Shown here: positions 8,123 to 17,519 of the stretch, piece after piece | Layout of the letters: every line of letters begins with the position of its first letter | Position numbering within the stretch: position 1 is the first letter of the stretch | Assembly (NCBI GenBank): GCA_965642175.1 | Contig: CBFFLL010000003.1 | Coordinates: forward strand, 4,192 to 36,583 | Origin: Candidatus Methanoperedens nitratireducens | GTDB taxonomy: Archaea; Halobacteriota; Methanosarcinia; Methanosarcinales; Methanoperedenaceae | Direction of reading: 5' to 3' | DNA: 32,392 bases | Notes under the pieces: generated by a model | Told to the model about the DNA's origin: nothing | Seen by the model: the letters and a program-made list of their open reading frames with translations, nothing else | Databases searched by the model: none | Program-made: the position numbers and the translations under genes

Positions 8123-8593
8123 TCAAATATCTCCATTTTTATTTCCAACACTTTTTAAAAACCCAATCCATCTTTTTGCATCATCTATCTTATGTCTTAT
8201 TTCTATATCCGGGTCTTTCAATTTGACATTTCCGGCTTCGCAATCCCTGATATCCATGATTGCGCGAATGAGGGCTGCGGATTCATGATATAATTTTTTA
8301 GCTTCTTCCCGGGTAAGCGAGGCATTCCTGAGTGATTCCTCAGTAATCTTTTCTTTTTCCTCAAGCATCCGGACAATCTCCAGGAAACTATTTTTTTCCT
8401 TTTCCGAGAATTCTTTTTTATGAATGCAGCTCCAGATCACGTCATGTACTTCAATATTATTCCCGTCCACTTCCACATTTTCGGGAAGCGGCTCTCCAAC
8501 CCATGCCAGGAACCTGTGCAGTCCATTGAGCAGGTGTTCTCTTTCTTCCTGTGTTATGAGTTCATCAAGCCCGGGTTGTTCTTTTTGCTGCAT
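8123..8593 (-). CDS. Conserved euryarchaeal hypothetical protein (DUF5788-like)
   Basis: 'ERE.LL..LHR...WVGE.LPE' and C-terminal 'DAKRWIGFLK'. Helical and charged. Confidence 0.7.
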   Translation of the reverse strand: MQQKEQPGLDELITQEEREHLLNGLHRFLAWVGEPLPENVEVDGNNIEVHDVIWSCIHKKEFSEKEKNSFLEIVRMLEEKEKITEESLRNASLTREEAKKLYHESAALIRAIMDIRDCEAGNVKLKDPDIEIRHKIDDAKRWIGFLKSVGNKNGDI

Positions 8594-8716
8594 AATAATT
8601 GGGTGATCATAGGTTTTTTTTTATTTTCAATAGTTGTTTCTATACTGCAATTATATATATTAAATTAGGGTAAGTTCTTTATATAACCTTGTACTATTGA
8701 AATCAAGGGTGATATA

Positions 8717-9496
8717 ATGGCATTTGAATTTCCAGTATTAGCTGCTCTCGTATTGGTCGTATTAATACTTGCGCAGTCTGTAAAAGTCGTTAGAGAGTAT
8801 GAACGAGTTGTTATCTTCAGGATGGGGAGATTGATCGGGGTGAAAGGACCCGGGATCTTCCTGATCATCCCAATAATCGACAGTATCGTAAAAGTTGATC
8901 TGAGGATAGTCACGATAGATGTGCCGAAGCAGACCATAATAACAAAGGACAATGTTACCGTAGATGTTGATGCAGTCATTTATTATCGCGTCGTGGAGCC
9001 CCAGAATGCGATCACCAAGGTAGAGAACTTCTGGGTAGCTACCAGCATGCTCGGACAGACGACGCTTAGAGATATTATCGGGCAGATCGATCTTGATGAC
9101 CTGCTCTCAAAACGCGATGAGCTTAATAAGAAACTCCAGGTGGTCCTTGACGAAGCGACAGACCCATGGGGAATCAAGATATCAGCTGTGACCTTACGCG
9201 ATGTCAGCCTTCCAGACTCCATGATGAGGGCCATTGCAAAGCAGGCTGAAGCAGAGAGAGAGCGCAGATCAAGGATAATCCTTGCAGAGGGTGAGTTCCA
9301 GGCAAGCATGAAGATGACAGAGGCTGCTGAATTATACCAGAAAGTGCCCATCTCAATCAGGCTAAGGGAACTCCAGACACTGGCTGAAATAGCGCGTGAG
9401 AAGAACATGATAGTGGTCACAACAGGCGCCCCTGGCGGAGATATAAGCAACATTGCAGGACTGACTGGAGCCTTCACAAAAGCTGAACATAAATGA
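8717..9496 (+). CDS. SPFH/band 7 stomatin-like (slipin) protein
   Basis: 'VREYERVVIFRMGR', 'ITKDNVTVDVDAV', 'DPWGIK', 'AKQAEAERERR' and 'LRELQTL'. Confidence 0.95.
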   Translation: MAFEFPVLAALVLVVLILAQSVKVVREYERVVIFRMGRLIGVKGPGIFLIIPIIDSIVKVDLRIVTIDVPKQTIITKDNVTVDVDAVIYYRVVEPQNAITKVENFWVATSMLGQTTLRDIIGQIDLDDLLSKRDELNKKLQVVLDEATDPWGIKISAVTLRDVSLPDSMMRAIAKQAEAERERRSRIILAEGEFQASMKMTEAAELYQKVPISIRLRELQTLAEIAREKNMIVVTTGAPGGDISNIAGLTGAFTKAEHK

Positions 9497-10758
9497 AGGC
9501 TTTTTTTCTTTTTTTTCTTTTTCTTAGTCTTACGCATATAGCGGGAGCACAGGTCATCGTTGTCGAGCTGAACGACGCCATAACACCTGCCAGTGATGAT
9601 ATCGTGAGCGAGGCTCTTGCAAATGCACAGGTTTCTGATGCACAGGCATTGATAATAACAATGAACACGCCAGGGGGCGGTCTTGATGAGACAAAAAAAA
9701 TACTTGACCACATACAGAACTCCCCTGTGCCTGTCATAGGTTATGTTTACCCCAAAGGCGCTACAGCATGGTCTGCCGGAACCATCATACTCCTTGCGAC
9801 AGATGTGGCTGCCATGGCGCCGAATTCGATAATAGGCTCAGCACAGCCTGTAGAGATGTCAGGTGAGGGAATAAAGCCAGTAACAGAAGATAAGATAATT
9901 AACGCGATCGTTGCGCTGGCAAGAGAGAAGGCAAAGCAGCACGGAAGAAATGAGAGTGCTGCGGAACAGTTCATCACTGCTAACCTGAACCTTAATGCTG
10001 AGGAGGCAAAGGAAGCGAAGGTGATAGAGGTGATTGCGGAAAGCATCGAAGACCTTCTGGTAAAGGTGGACGGAATGACTGTCAAGGGCAAGGTGCTAAA
10101 GACATCCGGGGTAGAATATACATATCACTCACCCTCCATGAGATTGATGATCATGAGCACACTTTCAAACCCCATACTGGCATCACTCTTATTGTTTATC
10201 GGGATATATTCGCTCATATTCGGGCTTACAAGCCCGGGTTACGGCGCTGAAATATTCGGAGTGATCTCATTAAGTCTGGGGCTTATTGGTCTTGGTTTCT
10301 CGATCAATGTCGCGGGGCTGTTCCTTATTGCATTCGGGATAGGTCTTATCCTGTTCGAACTGCATATTTCTACTTTCGGGATTTTCGGTGTGGCTGGAAT
10401 AGCATGCGTTGCCCTTGGAAGCATATTGCTCGTACCAACCGGCTATCCCAACATGTACTCTCCTGAATTCCAGACAAATATGCTGTTGAGCCTTCTTGTG
10501 CCTGCTATCGTTTTAGGGATATTCCTTGCATTTGCAATATATAAAATGATGGAAATACGGGTAAAAAGACCTGTTGTAGGGGAAATAATAGGGGATACGG
10601 CAGAGACCATAGACGAGATAACACCTGTTGGTAAGGGTTATGTGAGATATCAGGGTGAGCTATGGCTCGCAAAGTCGCAGGAGAATATTGAGCCCGGGAC
10701 AAAAGTGATAATTGAAGGGAAAGATGGGGCAGTGCTCGTGGTGAAGCGGATAGGGTGA
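9493..10758 (+). CDS. nfeD: NfeD (STOPP) membrane serine protease, long form
   Basis: ClpP-like 'NTPGG', 'AWSAG', 'IGSAQP', then a TM bundle and a C-terminal OB fold 'GYVRYQGELWLA'. ATGA overlap with the stomatin gene. Confidence 0.93.
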   Translation: MKAFFLFFLFLSLTHIAGAQVIVVELNDAITPASDDIVSEALANAQVSDAQALIITMNTPGGGLDETKKILDHIQNSPVPVIGYVYPKGATAWSAGTIILLATDVAAMAPNSIIGSAQPVEMSGEGIKPVTEDKIINAIVALAREKAKQHGRNESAAEQFITANLNLNAEEAKEAKVIEVIAESIEDLLVKVDGMTVKGKVLKTSGVEYTYHSPSMRLMIMSTLSNPILASLLLFIGIYSLIFGLTSPGYGAEIFGVISLSLGLIGLGFSINVAGLFLIAFGIGLILFELHISTFGIFGVAGIACVALGSILLVPTGYPNMYSPEFQTNMLLSLLVPAIVLGIFLAFAIYKMMEIRVKRPVVGEIIGDTAETIDEITPVGKGYVRYQGELWLAKSQENIEPGTKVIIEGKDGAVLVVKRIG

Positions 10759-10766
10759 GCATTTGA

Positions 10767-12221
10767 CTATTTTTTCCATAAGGATGGGACGAAAAGCACG
10801 AGCACAGTCATTACCTCAAGTCTTCCGATCCACATATTGAGTATCAGGACGAGCTTTCCGACAACCGGCAGCGACGCAAAATTCGACATTGGACCCACCT
10901 GTGAGCTTAGACCAGGACCCACGTTGCCAAGCGTAGTTGCGGACGCGCTGATGCTGCTCATGAAATCAAGCCCGAGCATGCTAAGTACAAGTGAACTTCC
11001 CACAAATACCAGAAGATAAAGAATAAAGAAAGAGAAGATAGCCTGCATAACATCATCGGAAATGACAGTATCACCCAGCCTTATAGGTCTTACCATCTTG
11101 GGATGGATGGATTTGTATATCTCACGGGCGCCGTATTTCATGAGAAGTACAACGCGTACTACCTTGAGCGCCCCGGCTGTGGAACCGGCAGAGCCTCCAA
11201 CGAACATTAGCAGCAGCAGGATAAGTTTGGTGGATTCAGGCCAGAGGCCAAAATCCGTGGATGCAAACCCTGTGGTGGTAATAATGGACACTACCTGGAA
11301 TGAAGCGTACCTGACCGATTCTTCTATCGTTTTACCTACCCCCCAGAGCTGCATGGTGATGACTGCGGTCGATGTAAGAATGATCATTGCATATACCTGG
11401 AACTCCCTGTCGCTGATAAGAGACTTCCAGTTCACGTTCAGCGTGCGGTAGAACAGGTTAAAGTTCGAACCTCCTATGAACATGAAAACAAGAATAATTA
11501 GTTCGATGTTGATGCTTCCATAACCTCCGATGGACTGGTTATTTGGGGAGAAACCGCCAGTGGCAAGCGTAGAGAAAGAATGTACTGTGGCGTCATACAT
11601 TGTCATACCAGCATAATAGAGAAGCCCGATCTCAAGCAGCGTGAAGATGATGTAGACCCGCCACAGTATCTGCGCCGTGTCTTTCAGTCTGGGTTTTAAT
11701 TTATCCTTCATCGGACCCGGGGCTTCTGACTTGAACATCTGCCTTCCAGCAACAGCTATCCTGGGAAGTATAGCAAGTACAAGGACTATGATACCCATGC
11801 CTCCGAGCCACTGGGTCATACTTCGCCAGAAAATGATGCTTTTTAGATTGTTATTTGAATACATCTCAATATCCGGTAGAATGCTCGATCCTGTGGTGGT
11901 GAACCCGGACATTGCCTCAAAGAGAGAGTCTATTGGAGATATTCCTGCCAGCAGGAAAGGGATGCCCCCGAATACAGCAGCAAGCAGCCAGCCCATTGCC
12001 ACTATCACAATGCTCTCTCTGTGGGAAAGCTCCTCGAAATCTGATCTGAATATTTTCTCAAGCAGTAAACCAGTAAAGAACGTTAGTATTGATGCTATCG
12101 CAAAGATCCGAATGGAGTCGGGTTCTTGATAATATAGCGCCACCAGAAGAGGCGCTAACAGGGAAATCCCAAGGAACTTTATCACGGTTCCGAGTACGTT
12201 AAAAATGACCCTGTAATTCAT
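10767..12221 (-). CDS. trkH: Trk-type potassium uptake membrane protein
   Basis: Pore motifs 'SGFTTTGSS', 'STLATGGF', 'SIITTTGF', 'TLGNVGPG', plus 'QWLGGMG' and 'GRLE'. The start is reassigned to MNYRVI (12221). Confidence 0.95.
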   Translation of the reverse strand: MNYRVIFNVLGTVIKFLGISLLAPLLVALYYQEPDSIRIFAIASILTFFTGLLLEKIFRSDFEELSHRESIVIVAMGWLLAAVFGGIPFLLAGISPIDSLFEAMSGFTTTGSSILPDIEMYSNNNLKSIIFWRSMTQWLGGMGIIVLVLAILPRIAVAGRQMFKSEAPGPMKDKLKPRLKDTAQILWRVYIIFTLLEIGLLYYAGMTMYDATVHSFSTLATGGFSPNNQSIGGYGSINIELIILVFMFIGGSNFNLFYRTLNVNWKSLISDREFQVYAMIILTSTAVITMQLWGVGKTIEESVRYASFQVVSIITTTGFASTDFGLWPESTKLILLLLMFVGGSAGSTAGALKVVRVVLLMKYGAREIYKSIHPKMVRPIRLGDTVISDDVMQAIFSFFILYLLVFVGSSLVLSMLGLDFMSSISASATTLGNVGPGLSSQVGPMSNFASLPVVGKLVLILNMWIGRLEVMTVLVLFVPSLWKK

Positions 12222-12297
12222 GTGGGTTCTGATTCGGGTATGATTTATTAAACCTTGTGGGAGTTTGTGTGCAGGAAACCTGGCTGTATCACTATTT

Positions 12298-13029
12298 TTA
12301 TTGCCTGTACATCCCCTCGAACAGCCACCCGTACTCATGGGGTTCTGTCAGGAATTTAAGTTTCCCTATATCCCTTACCAGCCCGTACATTTCCCTGTTT
12401 TTAACAAAACCCGTTTCTTTGATATTGGTCGGTGTTGATACCCGCAATTCAGGCACGTTATCGTATGAAGGATTCCTCACCATCTCATCTGTAAGGATAA
12501 AATATGCGCCCCCCCCTTTTTCTTTTACGGGCGAATATATTGATTCAAAGTCTCGCGCCACCCAGTTCGCCATCTTGAGAACCTTATTGGAAGCGTTGAT
12601 CGTGAGATGCCCATACCCCGGGGGTATGATCACCTTGTCCCCCTGTTGCGCTTTTACCAGTATTACATCTTTTATTGAATCATTATCAGGTTGCTGCATG
12701 ACATAATGGGCTTCACCGCTTAATACTTCGTATACTTCGGGAAATGTGACATCAGTACCGGGCACGCAAGGATGATAATGTCCTGCTGTTTTTACGAATT
12801 CACACCCAAGCATACAGGGGGGAATGACTGTAATATCGTACCTGAGCCCGTGCTCTTTTGCAACAGCCGCATCATTTTTGCTGAGCGACAGGTCGCGATA
12901 CATATAATACAGCTCAAAATTTTCTGCAGTTGACAGCCATTTCCTGTCGTAAATGACATCTTTCATATCAAAAAGTGTCCTTATATTTGGCTTTACCCGC
13001 TTTGTCCCGAATTCCATCATAGTATCCAT
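12298..13029 (-). CDS. Cupin-type glucose-6-phosphate isomerase family protein
   Basis: 'LYYMYRD', 'LRYDITVIPP', 'KTAGHYH', 'PEVYEVLSG' and 'IPPGYGHLTIN' metal-binding cupin motifs. Confidence 0.88.
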   Translation of the reverse strand: MDTMMEFGTKRVKPNIRTLFDMKDVIYDRKWLSTAENFELYYMYRDLSLSKNDAAVAKEHGLRYDITVIPPCMLGCEFVKTAGHYHPCVPGTDVTFPEVYEVLSGEAHYVMQQPDNDSIKDVILVKAQQGDKVIIPPGYGHLTINASNKVLKMANWVARDFESIYSPVKEKGGGAYFILTDEMVRNPSYDNVPELRVSTPTNIKETGFVKNREMYGLVRDIGKLKFLTEPHEYGWLFEGMYRQ

Positions 13030-13059
13030 CTAACACCCATTGTGAATATTAATATAAAT

Positions 13060-13665
13060 TCATTTTGTATTTTTCTTAAATAAGGAATTCATCCTTTCGG
13101 GATAAAATGAAAAAATATTCCCTGCTGTGACAAACAGAGTACCGGTCCAGAAGATCAAAATATGAAACTGACTATCTCTTAGCGTCACAAAATTAAATAT
13201 CAGTATTACTATACCCAGATGCAGCATCGACGAACCCAGCCTCACAATATAACCTTCTTTTTCAAATCTTATTTTCTTGTTCTTATTAAATGTCAGAATA
13301 AGAACAATGCCCTGGATACATGAGATCACCGCCAGGATAAAACCCATCGCAGTCTCCATGTCAAATAAAAATGTCAGAAGAATCGTTACTCCAAGCGCCA
13401 AAATGCTTATTTTTACAAGGATTTCCTGTTCAAAAAGTCTTTTCGGTATACATAAACCAAGTGATATCAGGAGCAGTACCAGGAAAGGGTACAGGTATGA
13501 GTTCATATCATATATGAACTGCGGGTATACGGTCGTCCCTGTCCATCCTGGAGTTGCTGCAAGATAATTGTAATATGTAATACCATAAACGCACACAATA
13601 CCTATCGCAAAAAGAATGAGCGTTGTCAGGACAATGAGATAATAATCGTATTTTTTCGGTTTCAC
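13060..13665 (-). CDS. Membrane protein, probable CcmF C-terminal half (CcmF2-like)
   Basis: GTG start at 13665 overlaps the upstream stop (GTGA). About 6 TM helices. 'RLGSSMLHLGIVIL' resembles the CcmF G-x2-L-x-H-x-G heme-ligand helix. Confidence 0.55.
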   Translation of the reverse strand: MKPKKYDYYLIVLTTLILFAIGIVCVYGITYYNYLAATPGWTGTTVYPQFIYDMNSYLYPFLVLLLISLGLCIPKRLFEQEILVKISILALGVTILLTFLFDMETAMGFILAVISCIQGIVLILTFNKNKKIRFEKEGYIVRLGSSMLHLGIVILIFNFVTLRDSQFHILIFWTGTLFVTAGNIFSFYPERMNSLFKKNTK

Positions 13666-14639
13666 GGCTGCACCACCGAATGTATCCCCGGGACGATATA
13701 GGTGAGAAGATAAGTAAATACAAGCGTTGCAAAACAGAGCACGCCAAGGAGCGCAGTGGTCTTCCACAATTTTCCCCTGTCAACATAAATGCGGGCGTGC
13801 AGGTAAGCGCTGTAAAGCACCCACATCATTATAGAGCCGCTTATCTTGGGGTCCCACCACCATGCGCTGTCCTTCCATGCCTCTATAGCCCAAGGGTAGC
13901 CGATAAGCATTCCTGCCGTGAGCAGGATATACCCGGGTTTTGCGTACCTGTAAGCGATCTGATCATACTGACTGACATGCCGCCACAGCATGAAGACGCA
14001 TGCTGCGAACGTGATAATAAGGGATGCATACGCGATGAATAGCATTGGAGGGTGTGTCCACATGTAAGTTGAATTGTAGTAGTATGTAATGCGTCCATAG
14101 AGCGTCCCAGCTATCTGATAGATATTCCCATCGCCAGTCAGGGCTGCATACCATCGGCTTATTTCGCCGTGCACTATCGGAAGGGGTTCATTGAACGGGT
14201 TTGAGAATAAAAACACGATTGATGAAAAAACAGATAATATTACACCCAGAAAGGAACGAAGTTCTTTGCGTCCTTTTAGCGTCAATGCAAAAACCGACGC
14301 GATCATCGCCCAGAAATACAGCTTTTCAGATTCGATCCACAGGGGTATGGCAAAACGGCTGCTCTCTACTGGCAATTGCATGTCCACCGGGTATTCGATC
14401 AATACTGTATTATAAATCCGGACATGGAACCAGATTATAATAATAAAGCCAACAATATAAAGACCTGTCTGGATGTATAGGAGTTTAATCAAATAATTGA
14501 AATAATCCTCCTTCGCATTCCTTAAAAACAGGATGGACAGAAAACCCATTAATAAAGCAACTATGAAAATATATGTAATTACAGGCTGACCGATGCTTGA
14601 TGCAAATTCCCTGGCTGCAAGGTATTCCGCAAAACCCAT
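13662..14639 (-). CDS. Cytochrome c maturation heme-handling protein, CcmF N-terminal/CcsA family
   Basis: 'LW....KLYFW', 'NPF', 'HPPMLFIAY', the WWD motif 'WAIEAWKDSAWWWDPK', 'AYLH' and terminal 'IHSV'. Confidence 0.88.
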   Translation of the reverse strand: MGFAEYLAAREFASSIGQPVITYIFIVALLMGFLSILFLRNAKEDYFNYLIKLLYIQTGLYIVGFIIIIWFHVRIYNTVLIEYPVDMQLPVESSRFAIPLWIESEKLYFWAMIASVFALTLKGRKELRSFLGVILSVFSSIVFLFSNPFNEPLPIVHGEISRWYAALTGDGNIYQIAGTLYGRITYYYNSTYMWTHPPMLFIAYASLIITFAACVFMLWRHVSQYDQIAYRYAKPGYILLTAGMLIGYPWAIEAWKDSAWWWDPKISGSIMMWVLYSAYLHARIYVDRGKLWKTTALLGVLCFATLVFTYLLTYIVPGIHSVVQP

Positions 14640-15061
14640 TACAACTCTATCTCCCTGACAGGCTCTCCCTCCACAGTATCAGGCGCGAGCCAATCTATTA
14701 TCATTATCAATTCTTCTGTGTTATCTGCTGATATCTCAACATGTATCGAGCCCAGGCTTTCCTCTCCAGCAGGGAAATTCACCTTTCCAACAAAAGCGAC
14801 CTGTTTATTCAGGCGAAATTGTGTGTTATTACCTTCCATTCCGTTTATAAGGATGCGCCTGGCTGCATCGAGGATACGGAACTCTCTTAAAAGAGTATGA
14901 AGTCTTCTCAGGCTTTCAAGGCCCCCCTCACCATAAAGTTGAGGTGTCCCGAAATTCCGAAGATTAAGATCAACAGGGAATACATTTGTGATCGCAGTTC
15001 TTACACTTTCTTCGATTTCCGTAGGATATACGAGCGCAGATATCGTGACAATTGTGTTCAT
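14639..15061 (-). CDS. UPF0201/DUF54 RNA-binding family protein
   Basis: 'VYPTE..E.V..AI.N.FP', 'ILDAAR', 'LNKQVAFVG.VNF' and 'IDWLAP'. Confidence 0.85.
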   Translation of the reverse strand: MNTIVTISALVYPTEIEESVRTAITNVFPVDLNLRNFGTPQLYGEGGLESLRRLHTLLREFRILDAARRILINGMEGNNTQFRLNKQVAFVGKVNFPAGEESLGSIHVEISADNTEELIMIIDWLAPDTVEGEPVREIEL

Positions 15062-15597
15062 ACTGTTCGGAACAATTTTCTGATTTGTTCCTGGAATTCT
15101 TCAATGGAACGAGTATTATTAAGTTTTATGTCTGCCAGCCCCATTGCCTTCTCCAGGCCCCAGCTCTTTTCACGTTCGTCACGTCTTTTTAACTCCTCGA
15201 TCCCGGTCATATCATCTGAACGGGCGCGTTTTTTTACCCTTTCGAACCTCAAGTCAAACGGCGCATTGATCGCAATAAGCTTAAAATCGTCCCCGAAATG
15301 ATTCTTGAAGTAATTTACTTCCTCTATATTCCTTGTCCCGTCAACAACTACCACATCGCTCCTTTGCGCCCGTATCTTTGGAACGCAGCGCTTTGCAATG
15401 GCATCCATACCCTCATCCCTGCGTAAAGCTGTGCCTGTACCGCCGATATTCTCATCCGTGGGATGCAAACCCCTTCTTTTTGCTTCTTCCCGTACCTCGT
15501 CGCCCATATTGACGACGGGTATTTTCAAGCTTCGCGCCACGGCAGAAGCTTCGGACTTACCCGATGCTGGCATGCCTACAAATGCAATTAATTTCAT
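15058..15597 (-). CDS. UPF0200 P-loop nucleotide kinase-like protein
   Basis: Walker A 'GMPASGKS', 'MGD.VR', 'VVVDG.R' and 'R.RSDD...RDERE'. This family is commonly adjacent to UPF0201. The start is reassigned to MKLIAF. Confidence 0.85.
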   Translation of the reverse strand: MKLIAFVGMPASGKSEASAVARSLKIPVVNMGDEVREEAKRRGLHPTDENIGGTGTALRRDEGMDAIAKRCVPKIRAQRSDVVVVDGTRNIEEVNYFKNHFGDDFKLIAINAPFDLRFERVKKRARSDDMTGIEELKRRDEREKSWGLEKAMGLADIKLNNTRSIEEFQEQIRKLFRTV

Positions 15598-15675
15598 TGA
15601 ACGGTCTAATTTAGCTGGTATATTATAAACATATGCACTCAATATTTATATGGTATAAAACCTATTTAGCCTATC

Positions 15676-16878
15676 ATGGACAATGCGATCGCGAGAACAC
15701 CATCTGCGGATAGTTCAGTAAATGAGGCCCAGATAAGAGAGCTACAGGATTCCATAGATGCTCTGAAAACCCAGATGAAAGAAATGCATTCAAAACTTCT
15801 CGAAGCTGCTATCCTGAATAATAAATATGTCCAGACCATTACGGATTACCAGAAGCAGATCGAACAGTTGAAGAAACCGCCCCTTTTTATATGCAGCGTG
15901 GTGGAACTGTTTGATGGTATGGCGCTTCTCAGGCAGCACGGCAGCAACCAGGAAATTGTCACGACAATACCGGATGAAATGAAACAAAAGACTGAGGCAG
16001 GTTCGCGTGTTGCAGTAACAGGCAACCTTTCTATCGTCAGGGTACTGTCAAAATCCGCAGATGTACGTGCGCGGGTAATGGAACTTATAGAGGCGCCAGA
16101 TGTAGATTATAACATGATAGGGGGGCTTGGCAAGCAGATAGATGAAGTTGTGGAGACGCTTGAGCTTCCGCTCACGAATCCTGAGCTTTTTACAGAAGTA
16201 GGTGTGGATGCTCCAAACGGTATCCTGCTTTATGGCCCTCCGGGAACGGGAAAGACGCTTATTGCCAAAGCTGTGGCGCATAGAGCCAAGGCTACATTTA
16301 TAAGGATGAGCGGGACAGAGCTTGTCCAGAAATACATAGGAGAAGGCGCCCGGCTTGTCAGGGACGTATTCGATATTGCACGGGAAAAAGCCCCGAGTAT
16401 CGTTTTTATAGATGAGATAGACGCTGTTGGAAGTCGCAGGACTTATGACGGCACATCAGGTTCTTCTGAGGTTAACAGGACAATGGTGCAGCTGCTTGCA
16501 GAACTTGACGGATTTGATAAGCGCGGCGACGTTAAGATCGTAGCGGCCACGAACCGCATCGACCTTCTTGACCCTGCGCTTTTGCGGCCTGGAAGGTTTG
16601 ACAGGATAATCGAGATCCCGTTGCCTGATGCCGAAGGGCGCAGGGAGATACTCAGGATACATACCCGGAACATGAAGCTTGATAACGTGAAATTTGAGGA
16701 ACTTTTAAAAATAACGGATGGTTTGAGCGGGGCAGACCTGAAAGCAATAGTAACAGAGGCGGGAATGTTCGTAATAAGACGAAGAGGAAAGGCGGTAACC
16801 CTGAAGGACTTCAATGACGCCTATAATAAGATGATAGTAAAAGAAACAAAAGACGAAGTAGCCGGGATGTTCGTATAA
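15676..16878 (+). CDS. pan: Proteasome-activating nucleotidase
   Basis: N-terminal coiled coil and OB fold, 'GPPGTGKT', 'KYIGEG', 'FIDEID', 'LLRPGRFDR' and a C-terminal HbYX-like 'MFV'. Confidence 0.95.
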   Translation: MDNAIARTPSADSSVNEAQIRELQDSIDALKTQMKEMHSKLLEAAILNNKYVQTITDYQKQIEQLKKPPLFICSVVELFDGMALLRQHGSNQEIVTTIPDEMKQKTEAGSRVAVTGNLSIVRVLSKSADVRARVMELIEAPDVDYNMIGGLGKQIDEVVETLELPLTNPELFTEVGVDAPNGILLYGPPGTGKTLIAKAVAHRAKATFIRMSGTELVQKYIGEGARLVRDVFDIAREKAPSIVFIDEIDAVGSRRTYDGTSGSSEVNRTMVQLLAELDGFDKRGDVKIVAATNRIDLLDPALLRPGRFDRIIEIPLPDAEGRREILRIHTRNMKLDNVKFEELLKITDGLSGADLKAIVTEAGMFVIRRRGKAVTLKDFNDAYNKMIVKETKDEVAGMFV

Positions 16879-16910
16879 AATAAAAGCTTAATATTAAAAA
16901 CCAAAAAAAA

Positions 16911-17129
16911 TTAATCCATTGTTTCGCCGGTATCCTTCGAGCGAATGTCGGATAGGGAGAATGCTACGGTTTTTAATTTTACTTTTTCTTCATCCGTCGC
17001 CTCTTGACCTTTCTTGAGGGCTTTAATTCTCTCCAGGTCTATACCGGAATATTTTGCGACCTGTTCATAAGTAAGTTTGTGTTTATGAAGTAACTCAATT
17101 AAATATCGTTTTGTTGATGGAAGTCCCAT
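16911..17129 (-). CDS. Small Cro/XRE-like HTH protein
   Basis: 'LTYEQVAKYSGIDLERIKALKKG' HTH pattern with a GGTGA SD upstream. Confidence 0.7.
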   Translation of the reverse strand: MGLPSTKRYLIELLHKHKLTYEQVAKYSGIDLERIKALKKGQEATDEEKVKLKTVAFSLSDIRSKDTGETMD

Positions 17130-17198
17130 ATATAATCACCTAATAGTAACTTTAATACATGAAACAGGTATATCAAGGTATCTTATGGTGCATAAAAA

Positions 17199-17519
17199 AT
17201 GAATGATAAAGATATTGATGTTGTACAAACAATTGAAACTGAAATCGGCGGGATCAAAAAGTCTTTAAAGAAATTTAAACGGAAATGTACCGTCGTTCGT
17301 GTCGCGCAGGCTAAAGGCTGGAGAAACGTGGTCGTGGTGGATTCCAAGACAGATAAGAAATACTTCTTTGGAAAGGTTGTCAATCCGCCCCCCGAAATCA
17401 ATCCAGGTGATGAAATGTACATAGGGTTTGAGGAATTGCCTTATGAACTTCCGGGCATAAAGCAGAAGATAATCCTCATGACACTTGACGGTTTTCAGGT
17501 TGACTGGACCATGGTCTAA
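17199..17519 (+). CDS. Conserved hypothetical protein (beta-rich, OB-like)
   Basis: Clean 106-aa ORF with host-like composition, divergent from the HTH gene. Confidence 0.7.
   Translation: MNDKDIDVVQTIETEIGGIKKSLKKFKRKCTVVRVAQAKGWRNVVVVDSKTDKKYFFGKVVNPPPEINPGDEMYIGFEELPYELPGIKQKIILMTLDGFQVDWTMV

Noticed and set aside
8983-9711. Long antisense ORFs (e.g. 8983-9711, 2192-2974, 1267-1779, 26444-26974)
   Set aside because: These are shadows of well-supported genes on the opposite strand.
12222-12338. N-terminal extensions of TrkH (12338), the membrane protein (13767) and the kinase-like protein (15642)
   Set aside because: They overlap neighbouring genes or promoter DNA. Downstream starts fit the family N-termini better.
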